A DNA stretch of 64,000 nt, taken from assembly GCF_964188315.1 (NCBI RefSeq), contig NC_135667.1:9672001-9736000 (forward strand), in the 5' to 3' direction. The translations under genes were made by a program, and so were the position numbers. Under the pieces are notes generated by a model, which did not search any database, was not told the DNA's origin, and saw nothing but the letters and a program-made list of their open reading frames with translations. Source of the stretch: Podarcis muralis (lineage: Eukaryota). Below are positions 62,851 through 64,000 of this stretch, piece by piece (position 1 is the first letter of the stretch; every line of letters begins with the position of its first letter).

Positions 62851-64000
62851 CATCGGCTGGGTGAGGACTGCAGGGCCTGCTCCATTCCAGGGCCTTTCCC
62901 AACTGGCCCAGGGGGCGTGGCCCAGGCCCTCTCTCCCAGCTATAAAGGGACTCCTGCTGCGGTGAGGCCTCGGACCATCGGCTGGGTGAGGACTGCAGGG
63001 CCTGCTCCCTTCCAGGGCCTTTTCCAACTGGCCCAGGGAGCGTGGCCCAGGCCCTTATTTGGAACAAACTTTTTGGGAAGGGTGGGAAGTGTTCTGCCAT
63101 TGCTTCCCTGTTCCAGGTGGTTAATGTGCTTTAAAATGTCCTCAAGCAGTCGGTGGCAATTTAAATTTTTAATTTCTTTTTTTCCTTTTTTCCTTTGTTG
63201 GGGGTGAGTGGGATGGATATTTGGTTGGGGATTAATTTTAGTATAATTGTTCAGTTCCTTTTTTGTTGTTGTTGTTGTTTTATTGGTTCTGTATAGTTTG
63301 TGTTTTGTTTTTAAGGGGCGGGATCAGGGCTGCCTGGGAGTGGGGCCCCAGCCAACACGATGGCTGGGACAGGTTCCACGGGGGGGAAGCACTGGGACAT
63401 CCGATCTCGGTGATCATGGGCAGGAGGCGGAGTTACGCTAAGACCAGACCATGTCATTACCAAGGAGGCAGGTTTAGTCATTGTTTGAAGACTATCCCTG
63501 CCTCCGGGTCTGGCCTTGACCGGATGGATACTGGAATCAACAGGGGAAACCTACATGACCTGAAGGTGTTGCTGTGTAATGCCAGGTCAATGATGAATAA
63601 AACCACTGCCATCCACGACCTGATTGTGGATGGAGGATTTGACCTGGCATGTGTGACAGAGACCTGGTTGGAGGAAGCAGATGGGCCTGTCCTTGCCGCT
63701 GCTTGCCCACCAGGTTTCTCTTACGCACAACAACCCAGGTCATGTGGGCGGGAGGTTGCAGTGATTTTTAGGAAGTCACTAGCTTGCACCAGGCGTCCTA
63801 CTGGGAAGATCCAGTTTTCTGAGTGCATGTTCTGGAAGTTGGGCAATAGGGGCAGTACAGGATTCCTTTTGGTATACCGACCTCCCCGCTGCACCAAGGA
63901 TTCCCTGTCTGAGCTGCTTCAGGTCGTGGCGGATTTTCTCCTGGAGACACCTAGTTTGGTTGTCCTAGGGGATTTTAACATCCATGCCGACACGACCTTA
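62851..64000 (+). mobile_element. L2-clade LINE 5' region with open apurinic-like endonuclease frame, running off the window end
   Basis: Frame open from 63236 (ATG at 63416) to 64000: LKVLLCNARSM.NK...DLACVTETWL...LLVYRPP...LVVLGDFNIH. Not in the supplied ORF track, presumably because it has no stop within the window. Confidence 0.9.

Noticed and set aside
62851-63054. Possible CRISPR-like or other prokaryotic array
   Set aside because: The DNA is vertebrate, and the repeats lack unique spacers; no such arrays were seen anywhere in the window.
62813-63100. Chimeric ORF ending in an OR tail (EQVKDALKYAFD)
   Set aside because: A chance fusion of antisense LINE 5' repeats to a broken OR end; no evidence it is a gene.

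Overview
Eukaryotic, intron-bearing vertebrate DNA, almost certainly a squamate and probably a lacertid lizard. This is inferred from a Sauria SINE with a (TTTACC)n tail, Squam3-like SINEs, and squamate-type CR1, L2, RTE and L1 LINEs plus Tc1/mariner and hAT MITEs. The window has three N gaps. It is an olfactory receptor (OR, family-6-like) cluster with five intact single-exon ORs (4717-5634+, 11521-12450+, 17977-18906+, 30497-31447-, 58290-59252-) and at least seven OR pseudogenes or fragments, several broken by transposons. The stand-out feature is a solitary, apparently intact antigen-receptor variable gene in the middle of the cluster (minus strand). It has a leader exon (23004-23052), a 129-bp GT-AG intron, a V exon (22574-22874) with IgH-like hallmarks, a 23-bp-spacer recombination signal (22535-22573), and an upstream TATA, VH-oriented octamer-like and CRE-like motif. 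I found no D, J or C segment in the window. It is a candidate VH-delta-like relic or IGHV orphon in a lineage reported to have lost TCR gamma/delta. Family assignments come from motif recognition only; no database search was possible.
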